Positions 1 through 13,547 of a stretch of DNA of 64,000 bases are shown in pieces (the first letter of the stretch is position 1; every line of letters starts with the position of its first letter). The DNA is from Anthoceros angustus (Eukaryota > Plantae > Anthocerotophyta). The notes below the pieces were generated by a model. It had not been told where the DNA came from. It was given only the letters and a program-made list of their open reading frames with translations, and searched no databases. Position numbers and translations under genes: made by a program. The DNA is taken from assembly GCA_010909165.1 (NCBI GenBank), contig MU008199.1:452248-516247 (forward strand), given 5' to 3'.

Positions 1-865
1 AAGCTGCGACAGCACAGTCCACATGCCGTGCACTCCCGAGACAGACGGGATGCCGACCACACAATCTTCCCCTACGGCATCCAAAACCAATAAAAGTATT
101 TGCCTCGTTTTCGGCATGCTTGTGTCACTGTACAGAGGGGAACTCGCGATATACGCACTTCCCAACAGGTGATGAAATTCCCAGAATTGCTGATGGCTGC
201 AACCGGTTCAGGTACTAGTGGTGGCGGCTACGCATCTCCCGAAGTTCTGGCGCTCTTTTGAGTCATTTGACCATCGTCCAGCGGGTAGGTACTGACCGAC
301 CGTGGGAGCCCAGTCTTCAGAGGTCAAGGAACAAACCGGGGTGTTTTGATTGGTCTGAGTGACACCTACAGACAGAATCAGCAGATTCGAGCTTGTTGCG
401 GGCGGGATTAGCTTGATTGACTGGATTCCTGGTAGCCGGCGGTTGCTGGAAGCAACAGCTCTACATACAGCCAGTGCCTGGCCGTTCTGTCGGTTTGCCT
501 TACCACTTGAGGCGGATTCCTCCAGGGCTGTCAAATTCCTCAGTCCCGTGGCGTTCGATGTACACATAAATCTGGGCACTGTCAGTGGTGACATGACATG
601 ACAGCGATGATTTAAAAGTGTGATGTAAGCTTTCCGTAAAAGACTGGGCACCCGGATCGCTTTTGGCCTGTAGCTGGGTACCCGGGAGTGAGCTGTGGGA
701 GGCCATCGCTGTGCAGTTCCCAAGCAGCTGGAACAAAAGGCTTCCCCCCCACTTTCCTGTCCGCATGAAGGGATCTATATTGTGGAGCTGGGTTGCAGCT
801 CTCTCAGCAGCTGTATGCTGAGAGAGCTTTTGGAGACGAGGTCCTGAGCGTGCCCACTGCCCAGC

Positions 866-2952
866 ATGGGTGCTGCGGAGGAGCACGCTGAGAGTGCGCA
901 GACCGCTGCGCTGGTTGAGGAGCTGCCGCCCAGTGTGGATGTGGAGGACCAGAATGTCAACTATGAGCATGTTGCGGTCAAGTATGGGCCCGCAACAGCC
1001 TTGTTCAACAAGTTCATCTGGCACGGAGGGTCTGTGTACGACGCCTGGTTGAATGCAGTCTCTGCCCAGGTGAAGATTTCAATCAGCCCACGAGCGTTGG
1101 GAATTGTTGGGAGTGAGTCATTGATGTTTGTCCGACCGTTCTTGTGCTTGGCTGAGATCTGGTGGAATGGGTGATGCAGGTCGGGCAGGTCATTCTAACC
1201 ATGCCAACATCCTACTCCCAGATGGGCTTTGGGTTGGGCATTTTCATTCACCTCCTGTACGCAAGCTTGGGCACCTGGACCTGCTACTTGCTGGCTGCTT
1301 TGTATGTTGAATACCGAGCCCGCCGAGAGAAAGGAGGTGACGTCTTCAGACGTCATGTCATCCAGGTGATTTAGAAAAGCTCCATTTCATTATCTGCTGA
1401 TCCCGCTGTTTGTGGATTTGTTTTTGCACTGACCTGTAGCCGATTGTTCCTGTCATGTGTCCCCGGCCAGTATCATGAGGTGATGGGGTATCTGATAGGA
1501 CCGTGGGGAAAGAGGGCTGCCCTCTTCTTTAACATCTGTTCCATGGGGTCCATCGCTGTAGTTCAGATCATTGCCTGTGCAAGGTACAAGATGTCCGTTT
1601 TCAAGTTCATGAACTCCGAAGCAATTAGTTATAAGCAGAAGGAGTCTGAGAGTGTGTTGGTCGGTCTGTTCAGTGATGTGTACTATCTGAATCCTCACCT
1701 GAACAAGCGACAATGGGCTCTCATTTTCGGAGCCATGGGACTCTTCACCGTTTTCATCCCCACAATCCACAACTTCAGAATCTGGGCTATAGTCGGTGTG
1801 ATCACCACCACTTACACAGCCTGGTATATGACCATTGCTTCCCTGAAAGCAGGGCAGGTGAGACGTCCGCATCATATGTTCCATGACGAATGCGTCTGCT
1901 GATCACGGCGGGTCTGAAAGAGCAGGCGCTCCACCGCATTCGCAGGCTCCCGGAGTGAAGCACTCGGCACCGCAGAATCTGCACCTCTTCTTCACAGGCA
2001 GCTCCAACATCATTTTTGCCTTCGGTGGCCATGCGGTCACAGTGTAAGCTCTCACACGAATTCGAGTTAGTGCTCGCCTTCTCCTTGGTCGTCAGGCCAA
2101 CGCCACTCTTAACAATTGCTGCTTGCGGTTGCAGGGAGATCATGCATGCTATGTGGAAGCCTAGGAAATACAAATACGTCTATCTCTTCACTGTTCTGTA
2201 CGTACTGACCATCACCATGCCACACTCAATATCGGTCTACTGGGCATTCGGTGACCACCTCATCAAGCATTCCAATGCTTTCTCTGTTCTACCTTCTTCC
2301 AATTTCAGAAGTGCTGGGATCGTAATGATGATCTTTCACCAGGTAATCACATTTTTTATTCCATCGCTTCACGTTGTTTCATCAGCCAACAAGCTTGTCT
2401 GATCTGTGGATTTCGCCTGTTTCTCTACAAAACAGGCAGTGGCTTTCGGCATCTACATCATGCCCCTCTTTTTTATGTGGGAGAAGCTGCTGGGAATTCA
2501 CCAGTCGTACTTTCCGTTGCGGGTGGCGGCCAGGATACCAATAGTCCTGCTCATCTGGTTGATAGCTCTGGCATTCCCCTTCTTCGGGCCTTTCAACTCC
2601 CTGATTGGTGCAGCGATCCTCAGCTTTTCCACGTACATCATCCCGTGCGTTGCATACCTTATCACTTTCTGGAGCCCCACTGCCCGTCAGGTGCGCGATC
2701 AATCCGTCTGCATTCCTACTGATTATCGTTCTGGTTAGTCGCTCACGGAACTCCCTTCCTACTGTTGCGCAGAACGCGGCAGAGAAGCACCCAAAGTGGT
2801 GGCCCTCGTGGAGCGTTCAAGTTGCCTTCAACTTCTTTGTCATTGGTTTGCTTCTGGTTTTCGGCACTGGATTTGGATCTTGGGCTAGCATATACAACAT
2901 CGTGAACCAGGTGAAGACATTTGGCCTCTTTGAGAAGTGCTATCAGTGTTAG
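866..2952 (+). CDS. AUX1/LAX-like amino acid/auxin permease (AAAP family), paralogue 1, 8 exons
   Basis: Exons 866-1069, 1180-1365, 1471-1583, 1674-1857, 1946-2043, 2135-2342, 2436-2690, 2773-2952, all with GT-AG introns. Motifs WHGGSVYDAW, YRARREK, FGGHAVTVEIMHAMWKP, FPFFGP and C-terminal TFGLFEKCYQC match AUX1/LAX. Confidence 0.92.
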
Positions 2953-4005
2953 CCTGCGGCATCCCCTGCCTCAAAATGAGGGCATGCGCCTGTACCAAAA
3001 ATTCAAAAAGCACGACCAAGTCATCTGTCTCCCCAAGTCAAGGTTTCCCCCAAGAAGATTCCCAATCCCAAGGCAGTTCAGAAAGAAGCTTCGAATTGTT
3101 CTGAGCTGTCCCTCGCTGGCAACAGAAACTCCAACCAAATGTACGAATACACGCCACATCAAATTCGTTCACAGACTATCCATGCGCACCCTACGAGTAC
3201 ATTTCTGTTGATGCTTGTCTCACATGGGACCTATTTCTCAGAGAAACGTTACCATTATCAAGGAGCAGTTGCATATCCTTATGACCTACGCGAGCCACCG
3301 ATGCTTCCTCATATACTAGGGAGACTAAGAAACAACGCTCAGTGTAGAACCTGGTACAGGACTGTTTCCCATTTGAGAACATGGGAATCACAACACGAAG
3401 GGAGTTCACGAGTTCACCATCCTCTCAGGAAGTCATAATCGCTTGGCAACCGTATCAGACCCATCATTGATTGCAAATTTGTTGGACACTACCAAGAGAT
3501 TCACCGTGTGACTCCTCCGCCAGGTCAAAGAGGACGCTGCAGGCTTTGTGGTCCAAGCGAAGGGAAGCTCTGTAGCCACAGCTCACCTTCACCTTCGGCA
3601 TGGTGGATCACACCAGTTGTAGTATCACAAGCTCGGGCGATAGACCAGCTGCCTGGGAAAGGACACTGCAGTGCAGGCAAATTGGGCAGAAACTTTGTCC
3701 AGAATTTGATGGGAGGACGGCATCAAAGATGGGTGGAGGTCCAGCAAAGACTCCTCAGAGGCAGTTTTGGAAGTACTACTATTCTGCCAGTGACCAATCT
3801 GTGACAAAGCTCGGTAAGTGCCCTCATCGCTGCTAGACCCACTTCTGACGGTTTTCTGAGCACAAGCAGGCAGGTGTTTAGAGCATTCCATTCCAGCGGA
3901 GTGTCCTGAACTAAAGCAGATCAACGCAGGACTCCAGTCTCGGAGAAGAAGCCCGATGATCCAAGCAAAGGATTGCAGGAAGAGACAGTGACCAGCTCAC
4001 CCCTT

Positions 4006-6421
4006 ATGGCTCATGCTACCAACTCCACTGTTTTAGGAGATCAAAGCCCCGCAAGCGAGTATGGAGACCTGCCGGAAAGTTTAGGTCCATCAAATCCAGG
4101 CACTCCGACCAACACGTCCCTCGGATTAGCAGGAGCAGCAGCACCAACAGCGAATCTCAGGGCCAACCTCAGCCCTCAAAGGCGACTGAACTGGCTCAAT
4201 GATCCGGTCTCGTCATCCGCAAGAACGAGCTTGAGGAGCTTGTCCCAACTCCCATACGACCGTGCCGTAGAGATCAGCTCAGCTCCGCTACCCAAGCCCG
4301 GCCAATCCAGCGCATATTTCAGTCCTTTGCCTCCGCTACGAGAGCCTGGATTCAGACCACCGCCGGTACTCTCCCCAAGCGCCTCTCAGTACGATCAGGC
4401 TCCTAACCAGCCTCTCATCACCGGCCCCAAATCATGCTCTTCCTCTCCTTCCCTCGACCCCAAGAACAAATCCCACCTCAGAGGTGCCTCTGTGAGCACC
4501 GATGGCGGTGACACCACAGAATCAACCGGCCAGAGTGAGAAGTCCTTGGCACTGCCCAGCAGCGCCGGGGTCACTCCCTCCAAATCTTCATCGAAGCTGG
4601 AAGCCGCAATTTCACAGCTGCTGCGATCCCCTCTTGCGACGCTGTCGTCTCCACGCCCGTCTCCACTCGGAACACCGGTACGCAAGGTATTGGTCAGCAT
4701 GCGGGAGTATCTGGAGGAGCTCGGTCATCTCACAACGTTGGGACAACGGGACAAGTGGCTGCCTGTCACAGCCTCTCGCACTGGCAATGTCTACTACTCT
4801 GCCTTCCACAGCCTCAACGCCTGCCTGGGATTCCATGCTCTCTTCCTTCCTGCAGCTTTTGCATATCTTGGCTGGTAAGCACACTTTCATGCTTCCTGCA
4901 AAACGGCTAAGCCTACCAATTGTGACGCTCACCCCGATGATTTTCCATCTCAAGGCTGTGCTTGCTTGTCCTGTCAGGTCCTGGGGCATAATCTCCTTGC
5001 TTGTTGCATTCGTTTGGCAACTCTACACAAACTGGCTGCTGATTACCATGCACGAAATTGTGCCGGACAAGCGTGTGAGCCGCTACGTTGAGCTTGCTCA
5101 ACTAGCTTTCGGTACAAGCATCCAACCAAAGCTGTTGCCATTTAACATGACAGGAAAAATTTAGCAGGTGCTGACCAGATTCCTTTTTGTAGGGGAAAGA
5201 ACAGGATTTCACATAGCATTGCCAGTGGTGTTGAATCTTGCAGCCGGGGCTGGCATCGGGCTGGTGGTGATAGGGGGGACAGCGTTGAAGCTCTTCTTCG
5301 TCGCACTCTGCCATGAATGCAAACTTCCCCTCTCCACCATCGAATGGTTCTTGGTCTTTGCCCTGTCCTGTGCCGTGCTGGTGCACCTTCCCAATCTCAA
5401 CTCCATTGTTGGGGTGTCTCTGGTTGGAGCAATCATGGCTGTATCCTACTGCACCTTGGTCTGGATAATTTCGGTCACCAGAAGAGCACAGCACGTTTCT
5501 TACGAAATTGCCAGGATAGGAGAACCTGCTGCAGCATCAGCGATCTTCTCCACCTTGAATGCCTTGGGGACAGTAGCGTTTGCATTCCAAGGCCACAATC
5601 TGACGCTCGAGATCCAGGTAATGCTGCATCAACTTCCCTCCTCCAAATTCGCTCTCTCAACCATCTCCGTCTCAAGCATCTGTTTTGTGCTTCTCATGAA
5701 GGCTACCATGCCGTCGACTGACATCAAACCAGCTCGCATACCTATGTGGAGAGGGACGAAAGCAGCCTCTGCGATCATAGCTCTGTGCTACTTCCCAGTC
5801 TCCATTTGCGGCTACTGGGCCTTTGGACACAAGGTAACCCTATCACTTCCTTTCATCGCCTGTCGCTCAACCCTTGAAGCATGCAAACCTCCATCTCATG
5901 TTACCTGTCAGATAAGCAAGAGCGGCGACATCCTGACGGCACTATCGAGCAGCAAGAAGGAAGCATTAAGGCAGCACGGATCCTTCCAGATGCTGCTCGG
6001 CCTCACCTTTCTGCTGGTGGTACTCCACTCGTTGAGTTCCTTCCAGCTCTACTCCATGCAAGTCTTTGACATGATGGAGAAGCTTTACACCTTCAAAACC
6101 GGGCGCAAGGTGAGCCTGCTGGAGCGGTTCAGCCTCCGAACCTTTTACGTATTTTTCCTCTTCTTCTTCGCCATTGCATTCCCCTTTGTAGCCAGCTTCG
6201 GGGGCCTCATTGGCGGTTTGAACATCATTCCGGCCACCTTCGTGCTGCCATGCTTCATGTGGCTGGCCATCGCCAAACCCAAACAGTGGAGCTTCCACTG
6301 GTATCTTAATTGGGGCTTAGGGATTGCTGGAATGCTCATAAGCGTCGCTGTCAGCGCTGGGGGAATCTGGAGCATCGTCCAAAGCGGCATTCATGTTCGA
6401 TTTTTCAAGCCAACAGGCTAA
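4006..6421 (+). CDS. Lysine/histidine transporter-like permease (LHT-like 8/AATL1 type) with long Ser/Pro-rich N-terminus, 5 exons
   Basis: First in-frame ATG at 4006. Exons about 4006-4874, 4978-5111, 5193-5617, 5702-5833, 5912-6421. Motifs SPLGTPVRKVL..YLEELGHLT, WLPVT, RYVELAQLAFG, LPNLNSI, GHNLTLEIQATMPST, LPCFMWL. Confidence 0.9.
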
Positions 6422-6914
6422 AATCCCTCCACCCGCCTGGAGGCAAGCGTCAGTGATGTAGGAATTTGTTTCTTTATCGGGTAGTATAATGGAGTAATGT
6501 GTAACGTAATCGGAGCCCCGGACCTTATTCCTCATAAGCTTAAGCTTTATAATTCTCTTGAGTTTGAGTAGATTCTGGCATGGTAGCCTCGGCTACCATG
6601 CATGGCAGCGTATGGGACCTGGGACATGGGAGAAGCAAATAGGGGCTCTGTTGCTCGGGCTAACGTAACGGCCTCTCGCACGTACCTAATCTTTTGGGGA
6701 ATAATTTCCTATCGTCAAATACTTTTAAGGGTTTTTCCACATTGTAAATATTTTTGGACGTCGACAATTGAATATATTCGAAGTTAATGGTTACAGTTAG
6801 GGCGGGAGTTATGGTTTATTTTATTTTATTTTAAGCCACTCAAGACGACATGCCGCCAAAAGGCTTCAGAATGACGTAACCCCCCAAAAGGGTCCGGAAT
6901 GACGAACCCACCTC

Positions 6915-7024
6915 AGTCGGGAGGCGGGCTATGGGACGTAGTCTGGAGCCGTGACCGGCCAGCGGGTACGAGCCGGTCATGGCTCCTCACTACGTCGCCA
7001 CGTCGCGTAGCCCGCCTCCCGACT
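6915..7024. other. Long GC-rich imperfect inverted repeat (hairpin, about 110 nt)
   Basis: AGTCGGGAGGCGGGCTA (6915-6931) pairs perfectly with 7008-7024. GACGTAGT 6935-6942 pairs with 6989-6996. GGAGCCGTGACCGGC 6945-6959 pairs with 6972-6986 (one G:T). Loop of 12 nt. Confidence 0.85.
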
Positions 7025-7663
7025 CCCGACCGCGGCTATCTAATCCGTAACGGATAATATGACCTCGCTCGTACTACTGAAGATAACTCTACTCAGATTA
7101 GACTGAGTTTATAAAATGCTTCGTATGCTTATGCTTTCATTCGGACCCTCAATGCAAGCTTGCCCCTGTCTGTGATGCTGAACTCTGAGCCTACGCTAGC
7201 TGTGGGTAGACCAGGGCCAGGGAGAACGAGGACCATGCCACGATGCCTAGCCCACCAGCAAGATGCTCAAAACACAAGGGGCACAAAAAATATGCCTAGT
7301 CCTCGGCAACAAATGCAGGCACGTACAACGCAAACGAAATCAACAACTCTATGAACTCCTGAACATAGAAAGCTAAGGAACAAGGAACAGGCTGACAGTG
7401 CCATTGTGAATCCGCGGGATCCCGACATCGTTTTGTGTGTGGAACGATTTTCCCACCTGTCTTCTTCCCGTAATTAGGAGGTATTTCGACCTACATTCGA
7501 TCCGGCCGGCGGGCGCATCAAGGTGGAAGATTGGACATGAATCAGCCCGTGTCCAGGTAATACGGTGGGTCAGGGTGGGGTCAGTTGGGGCAACCGGCTG
7601 GTGGTGCAGAAAGCGAGGGGCGTGAAGTGCCGGCCAGTTGGGAGGAACCTTGGAAAGTCACGA

Positions 7664-7769
7664 GCACACCATGGTACAAGAAGTTAATTGTTAAGAACCA
7701 AGTCCCACGACAGGAACAATTCAACGAGTCCGGCCAAGTGGACGATAATCGATTTGTTCTTCTTCTTCA
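7664..7769 (+). repeat. Dispersed repeat copy related to the element at 41704-41796 and 42061-42114
   Basis: Shared order GCACACCATGGTACAAG ... ACCAAGTCCCA(C/T)GA ... GTCC ... TGGAC ... (TTC)n. Confidence 0.7.
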
Positions 7770-8556
7770 CGAGTGAATGGTGCAGAACCGCATTCGTACT
7801 CATACGTGCCGGTGTGCTATGTGCACCTAGCCATGCTGTCGCCACTGGGTGGGTTAGAACCTGCATATACAACCGAGCCGGTTCCGGCCTACTGCTTACC
7901 GAGAGATGCCGCGATGGGAAATTCCAGCCCTCCGCAGTGTGAAGGTGTGAAGCAGAGCTGGCTCTGGCTGGCTGTATAAATTCCACGACCTGCGACGAGG
8001 TTGCAAGCTTGCAGAGCGCTGCACAAACAGCAGCAGCAGCAGCCACTGCAACAGCCTCGTCCTGTGCAGAGTGGGCAGCAGTGTGGCGTCTGGGCTCGAG
8101 ATTCTCGATGGCTAAAGATGGAAGGGGGCCTTCATCTGTGCCGCCGTGTCATGCTGGTTGGAGAGTGATTGGCCGGCCTTGAGTGGCTTTTGGACACAGC
8201 GTGGTCGAATGCATGTCATTGAGCTATCTAGACTTGGGTCATTGTCTGACAGAAAGGCGTGTACTGGCTGCGTATTGCCTCCTCCATCGGTGGTAGTCAT
8301 ACATGTGCGCAGCACGTACACGGTGCGCTTTCCAGCACCCACTTCGAGTTCCCTGTGCCGCTTTGGGCACACAATCTGTGGTGAACTTTGAGTTCAGCCA
8401 TCGAGATCCATGAAGATGCGTGTGCTCGCACTCATTTGAAATTGCAGGTCCTGCAGGCACCCACAATCACATGGGGTGGTAGGATGAGCTGAGTGAGTGT
8501 CCGGATTGTTCGAATTCGAGTCCCTCTCCTGCTCTGAAGCTTGCAATTGTTGAGAG

Positions 8557-10906
8557 ATGGGGAAAATTGGGTCACCGGATCAGAATGGTACCGATGCAGC
8601 AACTGGGTCATCACCAGTACCGGTCTCGGCAATCAAAGTGCTGAATGCGAATCAATGCGCGGTGGATAGCCCTGAGAGTTATTCGCGTCTCAGCCTCCTG
8701 CCTGTGGCTGCTGCAGCGGCGAGCTCGCCCCAGCACCATATCACTCATCACCAGGCTTACGATCACCACAAGGTGCTCCTCCAGGATGAAGAAGCAGGGT
8801 CGGGAACGAGTGGGTGCATGGACGCCACCAGCTTGTACTGGAAACTCATAGTCTGGCACGGCGGCTCTGTGTATGATGCCTGGTTGAATGCGGTATCTGT
8901 TCAAGTACGCAAAACTGTTCAGGATCACCTTGTCCATGGCCTGCCTAATCGTATATATTGTGAAGTGTGTGTGGCTGTGAGCAGCGCTCTAAGGGCTTGA
9001 CAAGTGTCTCGCTCTGGCTGCAGGTTGGTCAAGTAATCCTCTCGATGCCGTCTTCGTTCGCACAGACTGGAATGCTGTTTGGCATTTTCTTCCAGCTGCT
9101 GTATGCAGGCATCGGGGTCTGGACCTGCTACCTTCTCTCTGCACTGTACCTTGAGTACAGGCATCGGCGGGAGAGGGAGGGAATTACCTTCAAGCACCAT
9201 GTCATTCAGGTCAGTGCGACAGGTCTCGGCGAGTGTGTGCAGGCCTAGGGGGAAACCATCCTGCAGCTGCATGCATGATGCAATAGTTATTGCCTCGTGA
9301 AATCTGACATTGAAGTACTCTCTTTCTCGTGTGCTTGCCTGATCAGTATCCCGAGGTGATGGGTTACTTGCTAGGACCATGGGCTCGCCGGGCTGCCCTT
9401 TTCTTCAACTCCATGTCCATGGGGTCCATGGCTGTGGTTCAGCTCATCGCCTGTGCCAGGTGAAGGGTGAAGGGAGGGAGAATAGAAAATGTTTTTCCAA
9501 GATGCTCCACTCGTTGGTTCGCTGAACGATGCACTACTCAATTCATTGTGCACAGCAATCTGTACTACCTGGACGGCACGCATGGCCTGGACAAGCGGCA
9601 GTGGACGATAGTGTTCGGAGCACTGTCCATGCTGGCGGTGCTCATCCCCACAATCTACAACTACCGCGTGTTCTCGTTTTTAGGAGCCATCACCACCACA
9701 TACACCGCGTGGTACATGTTCTTCGCAGCTCTCACATCCGGCCAGGTTGAAAGCTGTACCAGCCGCCCTACACGTGCATCAGTTGGCAAACAGAAGTAAT
9801 TTCTGAACTTGTATGCGAGGCTCACAGATGCCACATGATGCACTACCTGTACAGGTCAAGGAAGTGAAGCACTCGGGACCTCACAGTCTCCAACTCTTCT
9901 TCACCGGCACCACAAACCTGCTGTTCGCGTTCGGTGGTCATGCCATCACGGTGTAAGACTGCCTACATCCCAGCCCTGCATCCCAGGTGCTGTGTGAAAG
10001 ACTGATGTTGAGCTGCAGAACCCATTTTGATGCAGAGAGATAATGCATGCAATGTGGAGGCCCAAGAGCTACAAATTGGTGTACGTGCTCACAGTGGTGT
10101 ACGTGCTCACAATCACCATGCCACATTCTGTGGCAGTTTACTGGGCTTACGGAGACCAGTTGCTCCATAATTCCAATGCCTTTGCGCTTCTCCCAAAATC
10201 CAGCTTCCGTGATGCCAGCATCATTCTCATGGTTATTCATCAGGTGGTTTTCACGTCAGTTCCGAGTCCTTTTCCAGCTTCCGCTTTTGATGCAGGTGTA
10301 AACAATATCTGCTGACAGTCTTGAATTCACGGGCTCGTCCCAGGCAATAGCCTTCGGGATGTACATGGTGCCGCTCAACCTCACATGGGAGAAGACAGTG
10401 GGAGTGCACCAGTCTCGCTTCTTGTGGAGGGTGCTGGCTAGGATACCCATCGCCCTGCTCTTATGGTGTATTGCTTTGGCCTTCCCCTTCTTCGGGCCCC
10501 TCAACTCCCTCATCGGCTCGCTAATCACCAGTATCTCTACCCACATCATTCCCTGCGCTGCCTACCTCATCACCTTCAAAAACACGGCTGCAAGACAAGT
10601 GAGCCGGATGATGCCAGTCGTGAGAGTTATCGTAAGTTACTTACAACTCGTATATATGTGAGACTCACGGCAGTGACTGCTGTGCATCTTTTGCAGAATG
10701 CAGCGGAAAAGCCCAGCAAGTGGATGCCTCTATGGCCTGGGATGGTGTTTATCAACTCATCCATCATAGCAGTGATTCTGGTGTTGGGCACGGGATTCGG
10801 CAGCTGGGCCAGCATATCCAGCATCGTTGCACAAGTGCACTCGTTTGGGATTTTCCAACGTTGCTATCAGTGCAGCGTGACCGACGTGCCCCAAGCGAAG
10901 CAATGA
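8557..10906 (+). CDS. AUX1/LAX-like permease, paralogue 2, 8 exons, His-rich N-terminus
   Basis: Exons 8557-8904, 9024-9209, 9347-9459, 9556-9745, 9855-9952, 10036-10243, 10344-10598, 10697-10906. The seven intron positions are the same as in paralogue 1. Motifs WHGGSVYDAW, FGGHAITVEIMHAMWRP, FQRCYQC. Confidence 0.92.
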
Positions 10907-11326
10907 ATAACATGTCAATTACAAGGATGCAAATAATTTGAGATATCCTTTATTGGGTCCTCCGTACGAGGCAGAACGCTCGTCAGTGCTTAGTTTGTCA
11001 GTCTCAGAGAACATTGGCCTGATCTGTGACATCAAGGCCCGCATGTTCGAAGTCATCAAACTGTGCATTATCTCCCTGTGTATTGCACTACAAGCAACCC
11101 AGATCTCTGCTTGTTTGTAGCTTGCAAATGAGGCAATCAACATGCATATGGTGTCAGCATTTGGATAGCTGACGGAGTTCAGTGCTCAACCCACTTTGAC
11201 ACAAACGGCTGATGCCCATGAGAATGATCGCATTAATTACCCGCTCCCTTTGTATTGCCCGGACGTGTGGATGCGCGCAAATTCAGTCAGGAACGTCACC
11301 AAGAAGTGGCCAGGTAGAAGACGTCC

Positions 11327-12742
<1,416 letters not shown>

Positions 12743-13547
12743 TCAAACACCCTGCTCAGCTGCTCGCAGCAGCAACACCAGCGCAGTCCAGTCCAGTCTT
12801 CAGGTTTGAGGAATTCTCAACCTCCTTGGACGACCAGAATCCCTGTTGTAATCCTCGCCGCAAAAATGCTCGTGTCTGCTTGCCTCAGCGCACTCGTCCA
12901 CAGCCCTGCCCATCGGCTGCATCTGCTGAATCTGCTGAATCTGGGGGGTGTGATCCCACCTGCAGCCCGTGCCAGAATCGGGATTCCAAGTCCGCTGGGA
13001 ATTCTCAAATTCTTCTAGACGGCACAAAAACGTCTGCGGCGAGATTAAGACAGGAGGGACACCGGCGTCGGAACGGGAGTTGGAAGCAACGTCTTCGTCG
13101 CCGTCGGCGTCCCAGGGAACAGATATCCAGGCCGTGCCGGCTGCGTGACGCAAGCGAGGATGGGGCATTACGGCAGATTTGTCCGGTTGTACCCAACATT
13201 TGTCCCCCTAAATGCCACACTGCTGGGAATTTGGAGGACGACATAGTGATCTCCGGCATCACCCTGTCTCGCACTGGGTTCACGTCCAGCAGCGGATACT
13301 TCCAAAACAAGGCCGGATCCCTCAATTTTTCAACATTCAAAAATCTTGTGGGACCGGTGGGGACGTTCTGAGGTAGGGATCTCTCCCTCCACTGAATCGA
13401 CTCATGGCCAGACAAGATTCTCTTTCATAATCCATCACGTACTCCTTGGATGAGGAGGAGGGCTCTCAGAAATCTACCCACATCCTCATTCCCTCACAAC
13501 AAGGCCGTCTAAAACAGAGGGGACTTGAGAAAACTCACAGCAATAAT

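Noticed and set aside
1-865. ORFs upstream of the first permease
   Set aside because: No family motifs or coherent exon chain. Treated as intergenic or promoter sequence.
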